Shown: positions 1-13,349, counted from the first letter of the whole stretch. The stretch: 58,483 nucleotides of DNA, filler included, from Squatina squatina (GCA_031763465.1; 3 parts of 3 records of this genome joined end to end with filler, not necessarily neighbours in it); one strand, 5' to 3'. Translations and numbers: made by a program. The notes: generated by a model from the sequence alone, not told the origin.

Positions 1-3000
1 TTAAATTGTCCCAGAGATGTGGGCATCGCTGGCAAGACCAGCATTTATTGCCCAAGGTACTCACTGAAGCAAACTGTGAACTTTCTGGAAATAATTGATA
101 CCCTGTAAATCAAACGCTTAGCCCAACACATAGTATAAATTTTGAAGCATGGAATGCAAGCCTAAATTGCTCACCGTCAAGTTATAACATACTTAATGGA
201 CAATTTGCCAGAATAGTAATCTTCTTGATCATTTAAATTTCCATTATGATAGAGAGGATGATGCTTTCTTCAGGAGAACTTATCCCATAATTACGGAATC
301 TGATCTCGTTGGAACATTTTACCAAAGAAGTTGACATGAGCACTCAACTATGGGGGTGAGATTCATATTATTGATGATGTTACAGGAAGAGTTGGTACGA
401 GTACAGAACCTGCGACCATTTTTTGGTTAAATTACTTACAGAATGTGTTTCACCTCCATTGTCTACATTTCAAGGGATGATGATTTTCCAGGCTTATTTG
501 ACTTTCACGTAGTAAATGGTATACTTTCACTGACAGCACGATTACTAGATGTAAAAGTAGCATGCTTATATCTGTGTGTGTGTAACAAGATGAGTATTAT
601 GTTTATTTGGTTTAGAAGGCAATGGTGTGTTTAAAGCTCAAGACACTCGGAAAGAAACCCAAGGTGCTGCCGAGGTGAGAGAAGATGCAGATATGAGAGT
701 GGATCTACCTATTGATCAGGTTAGAATGTGTGCAATACCATAGTTTTTGTCAATCTTTGACATGCACAGAGATCTTTTTTCTAGTTTGTCCATTTTGTAG
801 ATGCATAATATGATTTTGCAAGATGCATAAAAGGCATACATTATTCCATATTTTTCACCAGATGATGTTGGTGACTATCAACAAGCTATTTCTAAGCAAT
901 TTAATTAATTTTGTAAATTTGCTTTCTCTAAAACTCTTTGCATACATTTGACTGTCTATTTAACCAAATTCCTTTTTCAGGTTAGTCTGTTAGAGGAATC
1001 TACATCCTTGTTCTCTGGTGATTTATTGGTTATTCCTTCTGAGATGCCTGACAGTCCGTTGGAGTCCTGTATCAGAATAACCTAGTGGTCGAATGGGATC
1101 AGAGTTTGTGTTCCCTAGTGCTCTAAGAAGGCTCACTCACTTACCTCTGCTTGGATTAGTCCTTAAAGTTGGACCAACAGGGCTAAAAATTAGGATGTGC
1201 TCTGTTTGGGGGCAGTAACATTCGCGAGACTTTGCGGCAGGCGCAGNNNNNNNNNNNNNNNNNNNNNNNNNNNNNNNNNNNNNNNNNNNNNNNNNNNNNN
1301 NNNNNNNNNNNNNNNNNNNNNNNNNNNNNNNNNNNNNNNNNNNNNNAAATACATCGGAAACATTGTTCAAGCCCTCCTTTTTCCATTTGATCCACATGTA
1401 TTTTACTGGAAAATATTTACTTATTTTAGACCAGGACAAAATGCCCTTCAGTTTGCTGCATTGCAAAATAATTTATCTGTCCTGTTCCTTTGATGAAGTA
1501 GTCTTGGATAACCATGATTGTAAATGGCTTTCTGTACTCTATCATCTAACTTGGCATTGACTGTGATGGATGTGAAAGATAGACCATGGCCTAATAATTA
1601 ATTCACATTGAAGTCATGTGCAAATTTAATTGAATTTTTATGTGCATCAAATTGATAGGGTAGCTATTAGAAGTTGTGTGTCTCTCAAGAGTTACACTGA
1701 ACCTTATGAAGCAATTTTTAAATTGTAAGTACAGCACTTATTTTCATAAGAAACACCATGTGAAAATGCATTTTTCAACATAACTATTTTGTAATGTCAT
1801 TTTTTGATCTAAAAGATTATTCTGCAATGCATGATTTCACAAACAAGATATTTCAAACAATGTACAAATGACCTAACAAATCTGCATGTACTGTGGGTTT
1901 AAAGAAAATGGGTAGGTAGCATTGACTACAGAGATTTTCTTCCCCTATTGCTTACAAACAGTGACCTGATTTTTTGGCTGAATGAATAAAAAGCCAATCC
2001 ACAAGGATAGGCCTCTGGTAGTTTTTAAAGAAATTTAGTTGGACAGCCTAGGCCGATAGACCTGGACATTACGGGGCTGATTATCCTGACCTGGGATCTC
2101 TTTGCTTAGGTGCTANNNNNNNNNNTTAAGCCCTAGTGCAGGCCCGTCCTCTGGCAGGAATGTCAGGAACAGCTGCAACCCTCTCAGGCACGCAGCTGCC
2201 TCTCAGGCCTGGGAGATTGGGACCAATGGAGGTTCGCAGCCAGGAGGTCCCAACTGTCCATGAAAGTTCTTGAGGGAGGTGTTAAGAAAAATATAATGCA
2301 GACTGTCAGCCTGTGCTCCTGGCAGTTCTAAGGAGGTCAGGGGCACATCAGAGTGTCAGCTTTTTCTGGACGCTCCTGTGCTGGGGCACCCTGGTGCTTG
2401 GATGCCCAGCAAGTATCACATCCAGCAATAGAGTGGGAAGGCTGGGACCACACCTCCTCGCCTCATCAGTTTTGTTCTGTCTGGACAGTGCTTCCTACAG
2501 GGGCAGGTCAGGTTCTGCTCCTATAGGAGGTCCTGAATGAGTGACTGTGAGCATCAGACAGTGTGAAATGCTTTACAGTTGAAATTGCCCCTTTTTGTGA
2601 TGCCCGTTAGCACCTGGAAGTGCTAACGGGGCGTGAAACACTTTCCTGCCCAGGGGTGGAAGGTGCACTACTGGCTCCCGCGAAATCACGCAGGAGTTAG
2701 TGGAGGCACTGCCACGGTAGCGCCGTGCCCCGCCAGTAGTGTCCTGGGCCGCCGTGCAACCAGCGATGATGTCATTGCCGTGCACTGTGACCCCTTAGCG
2801 CCATGGGCCGACACCTTTCCGCCCTGTGGTGGATGTTGCTCTGCGCCCCGCGAAGCTGCCGTGAGTGGNNNNNNNNNNNNNNNNNNNNNNNNNNNNNNNN
2901 NNNNNNNNNNNNNNNNNNNNNNNNNNNNNNNNNNNNNNNNNNNNNNNNNNNNNNNNNNNNNNNNNNNNNNNNNNNNNNNNNNNNNNNNNNNNNNNNNNNN

Positions 3001-3300
3001 NNNNNNNNNNNNNNNNNNNNNNNNNNNNNNNNNNNNNNNNNNNNNNNNNNNNNNNNNNNNNNNNNNNNNNNNNNNNNNNNNNNNNNNNNNNNNNNNNNNN
3101 NNNNNNNNNNNNNNNNNNNNNNNNNNNNNNNNNNNNNNNNNNNNNNNNNNNNNNNNNNGAGAACGGATGATANNNNNNNNNNNNNNNNNNNNNNNNNNNN
3201 NNNNNNNNNNNNNNNNNNNNNNNNNNNNNNNNNNNNNNNNNNNNNNNNNNNNNNNNNNNNNNNNNNNNNNNNNNNNNNNNNNNNNNNNNNNNNNNNNNNN

Positions 3301-3364
3301 GAGAATGGATGATGTGTGAGAGGGGATGAAGAGAGAGAGAATGGATGATGAGAGAGTGGATGAA

Positions 3365-3393
<29 letters not shown>
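3301..3393. repeat. Purine-rich simple repeat (GAGAATGGATGAT units, then (GT)n/(GA)n)
   Basis: Directly visible; lies next to assembly gaps. Confidence 0.85.
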
Positions 3394-3395
<2 letters not shown>

Positions 3396-3580
3396 TATCT
3401 GTTAGATTCTAAGCTTTTTTTTGTTTCCTGCACAGTTGTAACCAAGTAGACTCACTGATGGAGCACTTGAAGGTTATTGAACACTTACTCAGTTAAAATA
3501 CTGCAAGGACCTCCATTTGGAGACTATGACAATGGAAAAGCAATTTCTAGCCTAGCAAAAACCAATGTTTTATTTTACAG

Positions 3581-4046
3581 GTCCCTGCTGAAATTGTTTA
3601 TGAGGAAGAAATACCACCTTATGACAATGTTACATCTACAACCAACCATGAAGATCCGCATGATGGAGTGGACGGTTACGGAAATGGAAGAGAGCAGTGG
3701 AATGACCCAAATGGGTGGACAGGAGATGAGGATGGACTAGTTGAAAATGTACAAGAAGACAGTAAAACTAAAGAGGATATCCTGTCCAATAATGTTGATC
3801 GTGATACTCGAATACTAGGAAGTTCAAATGCACTACCTTCAGCAACAGATGGACCTCATAGCAAACAGGAGGACCCAAGGAAAGAAGGCTCTCGCCCAGC
3901 CCATGATGACTACAATGCAGGCATGACCTCAGAACAAAAGAGCTTACAATCTGCTTGGAAAGATCCGGTGTCACATGAATCTGAAACATGGCACGAGCCA
4001 GCAGAGAAACAAGAGCACGTTGATGAAGTCTCAGAGTTGGAAAAGG
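3581..4046 (+). CDS. Probable internal coding exon of an unidentified host gene (acidic, low-complexity region)
   Basis: Acceptor ttttattttacag| at 3580. The frame is open from 3581 (VPAEIVYEEEIPPYDNV...DEVSELEK) and includes ORF 3668..4171. Candidate donors are AAG|gttag at 4046 and AA|gtatgg at 4089. A small upstream exon 3436-3472 (CNQVDSLMEHLK) would splice in frame. Protein not recognised. Confidence 0.45.
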
Positions 4047-6320
4047 TTAGCAATGAAAAGGAACTTAATGAGCTGCAATTGCACTATAAGTATGGAATGT
4101 TTAATTGTTGTGGTGGAGTGTTCATTAAGAATGTACAGTTGGTGCTTTTTAAAAATTGTCTATACCGTTGATTCAAACAAGTTGTGCTAAGCCTCAAAAA
4201 GCAAAATCCAATAATGCAGCAATATTGTGTAACCCATCATAACCTTATGGGAGTAAAAGAATACAATTTGGCAGGTTTGCTACTTATTAGTCGCTTCATC
4301 TTGGGTGTAGACTGAGAGAGGAATAGTTTAGTAATGTAAAATTGAAGACCAAATGGCGATCTGGTTGCGGTACATTTCAAAGAGGGGCTCAAACCTTGAA
4401 TGAGACCCGGAATTGGAATGCTGAAAGAGGCAGGTTTTACTCTATTGTTCCTAGGTTATGGGATGCAGTATTTAGTAAATAGTTAGAAAATAATTACTGT
4501 AAACATTATAAATAGTACAGAACCAATTATTAACAATACAGTTGGAACTTTATTTATTCTGTACATATCAAAATGACTGACTCATTTTATAATGGCCACT
4601 TCTAATGTTACATTACAGCATTAGATTTAAACTCTCTGTATTTTTTATGTCACTATTGACCTTTTTGCAATGCACTCTGTGAATATGCCACTTATAGAGT
4701 ACGAGTCATGATTTGGATTAGTAAANNNNNNNNNNNNNNNNNNNNNNNNNNNNNNNNNNNNNNNNNNNNNNNNNNNNNNNNNNNNNNNNNNNNNNNNNNN
4801 NNNNNNNNNNNNNNNNNNNNNNNNNTGGGTTCAGAATGTTCCAGAGGTGACCCAATGAAGAGGGATAACACCTCTGACTAGTTATGGTTGGCAGAACATT
4901 CACATTCAATGGTTGGGCCAGTTAATAGTAGCTCTAGTTATGCTATAGGTTAAGGAAATTAGAAGAACTGGCTGAAAGACCGTGGTTTACATTCCAGGCA
5001 CCAAAGGGACAGGAGAAATTCAGAAAACTGTTTGGATTTCATTTCAGGAGGTCAGCAAAGTCCAAGGGTAGGTCTTTCAGGTGCACAGACTTGGTAAGAT
5101 TTAGTAATTTCTAAAAACAAGGTGTCAGTTTATTTAGATTTCAGTAGAGATTCAGCAAATGAAATGCAGACATACAAAAAGAACTCTTATTCTGCAAAAG
5201 ATGCTATTGATTTGAATCAGTTTATAGACCTCAATGATACACATTAATCTGTTTAAAAAATGTACTTGCAAAACCCCATGGAATTAGTTCCAAATAAAAA
5301 AGTTGTACTTGAGTATTCATACACAAAGACTGATTCAGCACACGAACTGGATTAACAAGCTTGAAATTAAACAATATAATTCACTTTAGGCAAGTGCGTC
5401 AGCTATTTAGTGCTGCATTTCTGCTGTGCTTTATTCTTCCCTAGATTTTATATGGCAATAAATGAACAAATAACACAAAGCTTACTCAGATAAGTTATCC
5501 AGATTCAGTAAAATGATTCTTCTGTTTTATAAACATCTGGCCACTGCTGCTTCTTTGGTAACAGTATCAGATTTTGGTCCACCATTAATCACATTCGTAG
5601 AAATTAGTGTTAGTGTGTTTTTGTTGAATTAAGAACTTCAATGCATTAGGCTCTCACTAGAAAAAGATGAATTCACTAATCACAAAATACATGTATTAAT
5701 TCACGTCATGCTTTTTCAAGCATGTTTATTAAAATGACTCTGTGCTCTTATGTCGTTTTCAGATGGTTATAAAGATAACAAATGAGGACAGTGTCCCCTG
5801 TTCCAGACCCTAGATGAAGCATATGGTGAGTTTGAATGTTCTCAGGAAGATCTTCCATGGCTTTAAATTAAAAATTCAGAACAACACGGGGTGCTTTAAT
5901 GACTTAACTTTAGGATGCAGCAGCTGAACAACAGTCAGCTCTCCATATTTGAAGCAGGGGTGCTGATTACTGGCGGGAACTAAGCCAGCAACTGTGGAGG
6001 GAAAGGGGAAATGAGCTGTTGTCTGTGAACCCAGCACTCACAATGAATGGAGTTTAATTACCCCTGCATCAATCCAATTAACCTGCTCTGCCTGTTGGTC
6101 TTCGACTTTGAAGGGAATAGTTTACCAAGTGCATTAAATCTGTGCTCTAAAACAACAAGAACAAAATGGGGAGGGAGTACTGTCCCAAATGAAGACAGGA
6201 TGAATAGGCACTTCACACAATGCCAATTGTATATATAAAAAACTAAACTAAGTATCTAGAAATGAACAGGCCCGATAAGTTTAGAATGTTTAACGGGAGA
6301 AAGTACTGAGGGTTTGCTTA

Positions 6321-7073
6321 TTACTGTTCACTTAGACAGGCAGCTACACAGCAGTATAAGGATTTACAAATAGACTTTATTGGACAGCATAGAGTCTCCC
6401 AGAGGTTTTTTTTTGGTGGGGGGGGGCAAAGGGGGTCCCTTTTAACTACTTGGTTACTACCTACCAATGTCAACTTCAACTCCCACCTATAAGGCTCATC
6501 AGGTCCAACTGCCAGCATTTCAGTACAAACAAATACATGATGTACATAGCCCTTCGTCAATATGAAAGTTGTGGATGGAATTAATGGTAGACAACGACCA
6601 AGACCACCACTGTAGCGAGGTTCTCGCCAAATTCTATTAACCAAACCGACCCACAGCCAAGTACAGTACATTGTAGTGATGTGCTGTATGTCTCAGGGTT
6701 TGGAAATGGTTTACAGTACGACACGCTCCCATACATCTATCGCTACATACAAAGGGTCACTCCTGCTTTCTCCCCTCCACCCCATTTAGTCAGGTGAAAT
6801 GAAATGATTGGGATAGCACGGGTGAACTGGAAAAAAAGGAAGCCTAATAATACAGTCCGACTGCCTACACAACGGTTCAAAATTTGGAATCTCAAATACT
6901 TCTGAATGGCAGTGGTCTGTAACAAAGACTGCGAATCTGGACAAGCATTACCTCTCCCTCCAAAACTGATCCCTGTAAGATTCCTTGTACTGTCCCATGT
7001 TTGGCTCTGGCACACATTTAACTGGCCTGGCCCCTCGCCCATTCAATGTCTTTATTGTGTTTTTGGGTTTCAT
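6321..7073 (-). pseudogene. Orphan decayed reading frame (about 250 codons), possibly a retroviral accessory gene
   Basis: ORF 6321..6671 continues upstream in the same frame to an ATG at 7073, interrupted by four stops (TAA x3, TGA x1). It ends in a Cys-rich tail (LCCPIKSICKSLYCCVAAC). No homolog recognised. Confidence 0.3.
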
Positions 7074-7759
7074 CTCTCGCCAGCCATTTATTGTACTTTA
7101 TATGCTTTGGTTAGAATTCATTTGAGGTTGCGAAAGAGTTTGGGGGTGGGGTGGGGGAATCTTGGACACATCTCCTCTTGCCTGAGCTGGCAACTTTTCG
7201 ATCTTTGTCCCTCCATATGTTGCCCACAGCCTGTTCACAGGCACAAGAATCATTCCTTTCAGCATTTAAAAAACGTTTCCTGTCCCCCCCGCCCCTCTTA
7301 CATCCACTGAAAATTAAACATGTAGAGGACTCTGTTGTTACTCTGATATTTTTTAAATCTCCGTGTATTCTTTTTAAAACAGGAAAACTGTACTTCNNNN
7401 NNNNNNNNNNNNNNNNNNNNNNNNNNNNNNNNNNNNNNNNNNNNNNNNNNNNNNNNNNNNNNNNNNNNNNNNNNNNNNNNNNNNNNNNNNNNNNNNTTGC
7501 AGTTGTCAATTGGGAAATCTGTGGAGGGTCACCTCTGGTTCTCTTCCTCTCCCTGGTATTCTGTGCTCTCTTCTCTTGCAAAGGGGTAAGAACAGACCAA
7601 TGAGTGACTGTGGCATGTGTTCATCCGATGGATGGTGTGCATTTGGTGAGGGTGACTATGAGCAAGAGGAATGACATTGCATAAGGATGAGGGTGAGTGG
7701 GAGTGGCGGATGGATATATGGGGATGTGAGGAAGTGCATAGAAAGAGGGGGATGGGTGC

Positions 7760-8240
7760 ACCTACAAGATAACTAGGTGTGAGGAGTGATGTGATGGAGT
7801 AGGCTTGAGAAGGCAGAGTGAGGGGGTGGGGTGATGCGCACAGCAGGGTATAGGTGAATGTGCCACTGCTGTCACCTTTACTGACCTAGTTGGACCACTA
7901 AACCACTTCCTACACTGAATCCCGGAGAGTGGCACTACGCTTCTGCCACTGACCACCTCTGACACCTCCAGCCACGCCTTCTTGGTTTCAGCTGCATGCT
8001 TCTTCCTCCCGTTGCTAGGGGTATCTTTCTCCTACTCCTCACAGCCCCCAACAGCACACCAAGGGAGGCATCAGTAAAGCGGAGCGCAGCCTTTGAGCAT
8101 CTGAACACCATTGCAATACCTCCTGTTCTCTTCCTGCCAACTCCAACTCCTCCAGTTTACATCTTTGGATTGTCCCTTTAACTACTGGAGTTGAGATCGC
8201 GTCATGCGAGTCCACATCACGCTTGCTGCCGCTGATTGGA
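7760..8240 (-). mobile_element. PIF/Harbinger Myb/SANT-like gene remnant
   Basis: Minus-strand pieces across frameshifts read APLYLMP/FTDASLGVLLGAV...ETKKAWLEVSEVVSGRSVVPLSGIQCRKWF, matching the W..V...V......R...QC.K.F pattern of Harbinger Myb/SANT proteins. Confidence 0.65.
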
Positions 8241-9009
8241 CAGGGAACCCAGAAGTAAAATGATAATGAGGTGGCTGTGTTAAAAGGCCACCGATAGACG
8301 CGCTGAACAGGTTTCCCACTCGATATCGGACTCCCCCCTCTGCTCCCAGCATGTCTCCCAATTAATATCAGAGTAATTATTGGACAGAATGTCTGAATCA
8401 GTGCCCAGTACATCGGGTTGTGATCATTTTGCTGGAAATAAAAATGTTAATCGCGCTCAAGTGCTAACCAAGTAAACCAGTTACATCACAAGAGTTTTCT
8501 CCAATTTCTCCATCCTGAAAGACAAATCAATCAAAAATCGTTATAAATCTATTTTTAATGTAGCGCACTTCTAGAGTGCTATAGAGCAAATATTCATGGA
8601 GGTCGATACAAAAACCTTTTTATTTACATTTGTGCAATAAAAAAATGTGTATTCATGGATCTCAATCAACGATCCTCCATATATCATTTCATTACGAGTT
8701 ACTACATTACATCAGAAAGATCACCTCTTAGGCTCCGACAGACATGGTTGGTGTTTTGTTGCAAAGCAGATGAACATCTCCTTGTCCCAAGGTGAGTATC
8801 AGTTTGAGTTTGTCTCCTGTCCCATTTTGTGTGTAATGATCTCTAGCAGGCGATATATAATAACAGAACTATAAGCTGTGTTTGGACTTAGATGTTTTGA
8901 CAAGGAGAAGAATAATTGCAAATGATCACAGTTGAATTGCATGATGTATGTTGGAGCTATTAAGATTATGAGCCAACAAACAACTTTTGTAAACTGAATT
9001 GTCTTAAAT

Positions 9010-9412
9010 CATAGAATAGAATCATAGAATCATATAGCAGAGAAGGAGGATATTTGGCCCATTGTGCCTGTGCTGGCTCTTTGAAAGAGCTATCAAATTA
9101 GTCTCACTGCTCTGCTGTTTCCTCGTTATCCTGCAAATTTTCCCCTTCTTTTATCCAACTCCCTTTTGAAAGTGACGATTGAATCTGCTTCCACCACCTT
9201 TCAGGCCATGCATTTCAGATCATAACAACTCGCTGCATAAATTTTTTTTCCTCATGTCGCCCCTGGTTCTATTGCCAATTACTTTAAATCTGTGTCGTTT
9301 AGTTACCAACCCTTCTATCAGTTTCTCCTCACTTACTTTAACAAAACACTTCATACGTTTGAACACCTCTATTATAAGCTCCCCTTAACCTATTCTGCTC
9401 TAAGGAGAACAA
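9010..9412 (-). mobile_element. CR1 LINE 3' fragment
   Basis: catagaat tail repeats and the CR1 ORF2 C-terminal motif (gaatctgcttccaccaccctttcagg...ttaaatctgtgtc), seen many times in this window. Confidence 0.8.
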
Positions 9413-9771
9413 TATATTTCGATTAGATCACAATTTTCTTGGGTGGAGAGGCAGGCCGAATCTTGCTGGATATAGATGATGATAGCCCTCTGGTATCTCA
9501 TCCAAACAGCTATTCTTCAAGTGTAAATCTGTCCGTCATTCTTCGGAGGCTATTTGTGGGACCAGCTCAGCTGAGGTGGAACCTTTCTTCATCTAGCATG
9601 TGCATACTTTCAGGAAGGGCTGGAATATAGTAAACAAGTGCAGAACCTCTGCTTGATTTCAATCTTCTCCAGCCTAAGATTGCTACAGATAATTGTAATG
9701 CTCCACTGGCACCCATTTTGAGATTGGCTAATTTAGCACTGACAGGATTGGTTAACCTGGCACTAACAGAT

Positions 9772-9955
9772 GTCAGCCTTGGCCCAGTGGTGAAACTGTC
9801 AGCTCTGAATCAGAAGATCGTGGTACACAACACATTCCAGAGTCTAGAACACTGAAGCTAGGTTGACACTTCAATGCAACACTGAGGGAGTGCTACGGTG
9901 CCAGCTTTCTGATGAGACTTCAAATTGCCCTGTCAGGTGGATGTAAAAGATACTG
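9772..9955 (+). mobile_element. tRNA-derived SINE fragment (V-SINE/HE1-like)
   Basis: Head tgtcagccttggcccagtggt...tctgaatcagaag plus core gcaacactgagggagtgct...caggtggatgtaaaagat, shared with the copies at 22155 and 38605. Confidence 0.65.
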
Positions 9956-10569
9956 GGGGCCCAATTGGTGTGTTTTCATGCTCGAGTAGTGCCGACTAGT
10001 GGCGCTATCTGGGCGTGAAATCAACGTAGAGTGAAAAAATCATAAAATGTCTANNNNNNNNNNNNNNNNNNNNNNNNNNNNNNNNNNNNNNNNNNNNNNN
10101 NNNNNNNNNNNNNNNNNNNNNNNNNNNNNNNNNNNNNNNNNNNNNNNNNNNNNATTTAAGCATTTGTTTGTTGATGAATCAATCGAATTACTCAGTTTAA
10201 AAAAAAATGTGTGTCTTCCATTTTATCTCAGTAACAGAAATGTCTATTGGCCAGAATAGGAGTCTAAACAAAATGGTCCCGATTTTGTGGTCAACATCGA
10301 AAGAATAGCGCTTACCGGTTAAGGTCTGCTGAAGCCAGTCATGCAGCACCTTTTCCTGCAAAAGAAAGGAAAGTGTGTCAGTGAGTGTGGTGTTGTGTGT
10401 TTGGATGATGTTGCTATCATGGTTGAATAGCTGACAGTGTGTTCAAGCTGTGAAATGGGGGTGTGAGGGTTGCAGCAGTGGTATGGGGAAGCTATGATTG
10501 TGAGGTATGAGTTGTGTTTGGTAGAGATTGTTGGTAGTTGAGTGATGGGGGTGTACAGTGTTGAGCAGT

Positions 10570-10809
10570 GTGTGAGGCTAGTGTTGCAGATGATGGGATA
10601 TGGCATTTGAAGATGAATTCACTGAGCTTGACCACTCGTGAGATCATTAAACTTCTTCCTGCACTGCATCCACATCCCCAGGCTACACTGCTGGCATTGA
10701 CCACATCGGCTGTCTGCTCCCACTGCACTCTTGCCTGTTGCTTGGAAGGCTTCCTGGCCCCCTGTGAAACGAGAATCTCTCTCCTGGAGTTGATTTCCTG
10801 GACCAAGGC
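10570..10809 (-). mobile_element. PIF/Harbinger Myb/SANT-like gene remnant
   Basis: LVQEINSRREILVSQGARKPSKQQARVQWEQTADVVNASSVA, then a frameshift to WMQCRKKFNDL, the Myb/SANT signature of Harbinger elements. Confidence 0.75.
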
Positions 10810-11707
10810 NNNNNNNNNNNNNNNNNNNNNNNNNNNNNNNNNNNNNNNNNNNNNNNNNNNNNNNNNNNNNNNNNNNNNNNNNNNNNNNNNNNNNNNNNNN
10901 NNNNNNNNNGAAGATTAAAAAAAACAAAATTCTCTGTTCAGATGAAGGATAACACAGAAACCGTTAACCTTTCTCTCTCTTTCAATGGACCTGCTGTGCA
11001 TTTCTAGCAATTTTCTGTTCTAAGTGTTATGCAATATTTTTTTATGACTCATGCAATGGTGGCAGTGCATCGAGGAGACACTCAGGTCAACGAGAGACTC
11101 CTGAAGCTACAATACCATCTGATAAATGGTGCAATGGAACTCTAGCCATTCCTGACATGTTACTACCAATGGCAGAGTGCAGTGGGCATCTTTAGTTAGA
11201 TTTCAATGAACATTAAATCATTATCCTTTATGTTTACCTATAGAATGAAACACATGCATTCATATCACACCTTTCGCAGCTTCAGGACACCCAAAAGCAC
11301 TATACTGCCAATGAAGTAATTTTGAAGTGTGGTCACTGTTGTAAATGTAAGAGGTACAGGCTAGCTTTAAGTAGTGCTAGGCACTAATGATACTGTGTCG
11401 CCTATTAATTCGTGCAGACCAAGCTGCAAGCAGAAATCATGGAAATGAGCAGGCAGCATAAAGTCAGCATCCCCCCTGCAGTGCAATCAACGGGCGTGGG
11501 TCATTCGCACATCGCAATCCCTGTGCCCATTTTCGGGTGTTATCCATTTTAACTCCTCCCCCCCACCCCCGTCTTAACTTTAGAAAGAAATTGGGGGTGA
11601 TTTTAACTTCGGCTGCCAATGGGAAGGAAAATCAGGTTGGGTGTATGACGGATGGCCGATCCACAACTGCCAGTTTTACTCCTACGCTGCAATTACAAAT
11701 TACCCCC

Positions 11708-13249
11708 ATAGTGTCCCGGCAGCCCAGTCTGAAAAACTATACTTTACACTAGAACGTTAATAAAGTCGAGACAGATGTCGGCTTTTGGCATACAAATTGC
11801 ATTTCTTATGATACATTCCCCCGTTGGAGATAAGGAAACATTAATGATAGGAACATCAGATTCAGCTCAGATCAATGCGATCAGGATAGAATCTAACTAA
11901 TTGTAGACATGGAGGTTAAGATTGACTGTCTGTATAGATTGTCCATCAATATAGTTATCACCAATGCCAGGTGCAAGCAGGGCTTTGCCTACTTGCATTA
12001 ATTATCTCTTCGAACAATATCATACAGAAGTACATTACAAGATGCACCTATTAATCCATCTTGAATTGATAAAAATCCCTTTTGTCTTTTGTACTTTAGC
12101 ATTTGGTCTGGCTCGATGAGTCGGACCATAGCTCGGTCTGACAGCTGTGGAGCCAAGGGACCTAACCGCGCCGCTGGCAGGGTGCCAACGAGTACCAACG
12201 GTCCGTCAGGAATGCAGGACCTTTCAAATGGTACGAACCAAATATATATAAGCATCGTGAAAACGGTTAATAGGATTGAAAAATAACGANNNNNNNNNNN
12301 NNNNNNNNNNNNNNNNNNNNNNNNNNNNNNNNNNNNNNNNNNNNNNNNNNNNNNNNNNNNNNNNNNNNNNNNNNNNNNNNNNNNNNNNNTTCACTGACTG
12401 AGAGAGTTGATGTGTACCAACCTCGAGATGGGTGAAAGTGGGCCTCATTGGTAGGGTCCAGGCCAGGGAGTGGTTTGCATCCCTGAGGCACAATTTTTTT
12501 TTTACCAGATTGGCTTGCTTACACAGAGAGCTGAGAAGGACATGGGCAAGGATGGGAGGTTGCTGGGATCCCCACCACAGGAGGCGAGTCCCGGAGTTTC
12601 GGGATATGTGTCTATAGTAGCCATGGTGCCCACCTGCCCCATGCGAATTGGGTTCCCTCCCCAGATCCCACAAATACTAGTGCTGGGAGGCACTAGTGGC
12701 TGCAAAACCAACAATATTTGGGGCTTTAATAGTTAAGCAACTATTGATACAATCCNNNNNNNNNNTGCCATTCAAATGAGAGGTCTGTTATACACAACAT
12801 ACAGTCAGCTGTAGGGTCAGACAGAAGTACTGCTCTTGTGAAAAATGTGTCTCCCCTCCTCTGTATTTTCATGCCTCAGGAGTCCCAGAGGTCGATGCCC
12901 TACATGACTAAGTCAGCAACTGCTTGGGAGTGGACTGGACATGCATCTTCTGCAGATTGATGGGCTATGGGTATAACAGTCCAACATGTTTTAGTGGGTT
13001 ATATTTCAGTCTTATGCCATTTGGATAAATAAATTCTGGTAAGCCATGCCTTCCCGACCCATTCTTTCCTTTCTTCTCACTCTTCATGCAGCAAATATTG
13101 ATGAGGAATTCTTATGTCTAATTGTTCAGCAAGATATATTTGTCCTCAATCAATTATCCACATTGGAACAGGACACTCCTGTGGTGCAATCTGCCAAGTG
13201 ATTTATATTGGCCTGACTACTGAGAATTATGGCCAGCAGACAGCACGAC
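11708..13249 (-). pseudogene. env: Decayed retroviral envelope remnant, foamy/spuma-like
   Basis: Hand translation across stops, frameshifts and gaps gives: hydrophobic SCCLLAIILS, a basic RVRRK site, GLPEFIYPNGIRLKYNP, then a Cys/Pro-rich SU-like stretch. A furin-like KRQK(G) at 12076-12090 is followed by FLSIQDGLIGASCNVLLYDIVRRDN/LMQVGKALL...LHVYN*LDSILIAL. This is in register with the recalled foamy TM N-terminus (LRSMGYALTGAV...DENLQQGIYLL). Confidence 0.5.
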
Positions 13250-13349
13250 NNNNNNNNNNNNNNNNNNNNNNNNNNNNNNNNNNNNNNNNNNNNNNNNNNN
13301 NNNNNNNNNNNNNNNNNNNNNNNNNNNNNNNNNNNNNNNNNNNNNNNNN

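Noticed and set aside
980-1180. Minus-strand splice donor (AG|gtaagt at 1144) 117 nt upstream of AATAAA (1022-1027), reminiscent of a foamy LTR R region
   Set aside because: Only two short motifs, with no TATA, no LTR ends and no proven linkage to the env remnant; easily chance or a host exon.
2633-3319. Long ORFs here, at 25643-26317, 56597-57049 and many others
   Set aside because: They read through N gaps and are artefacts.
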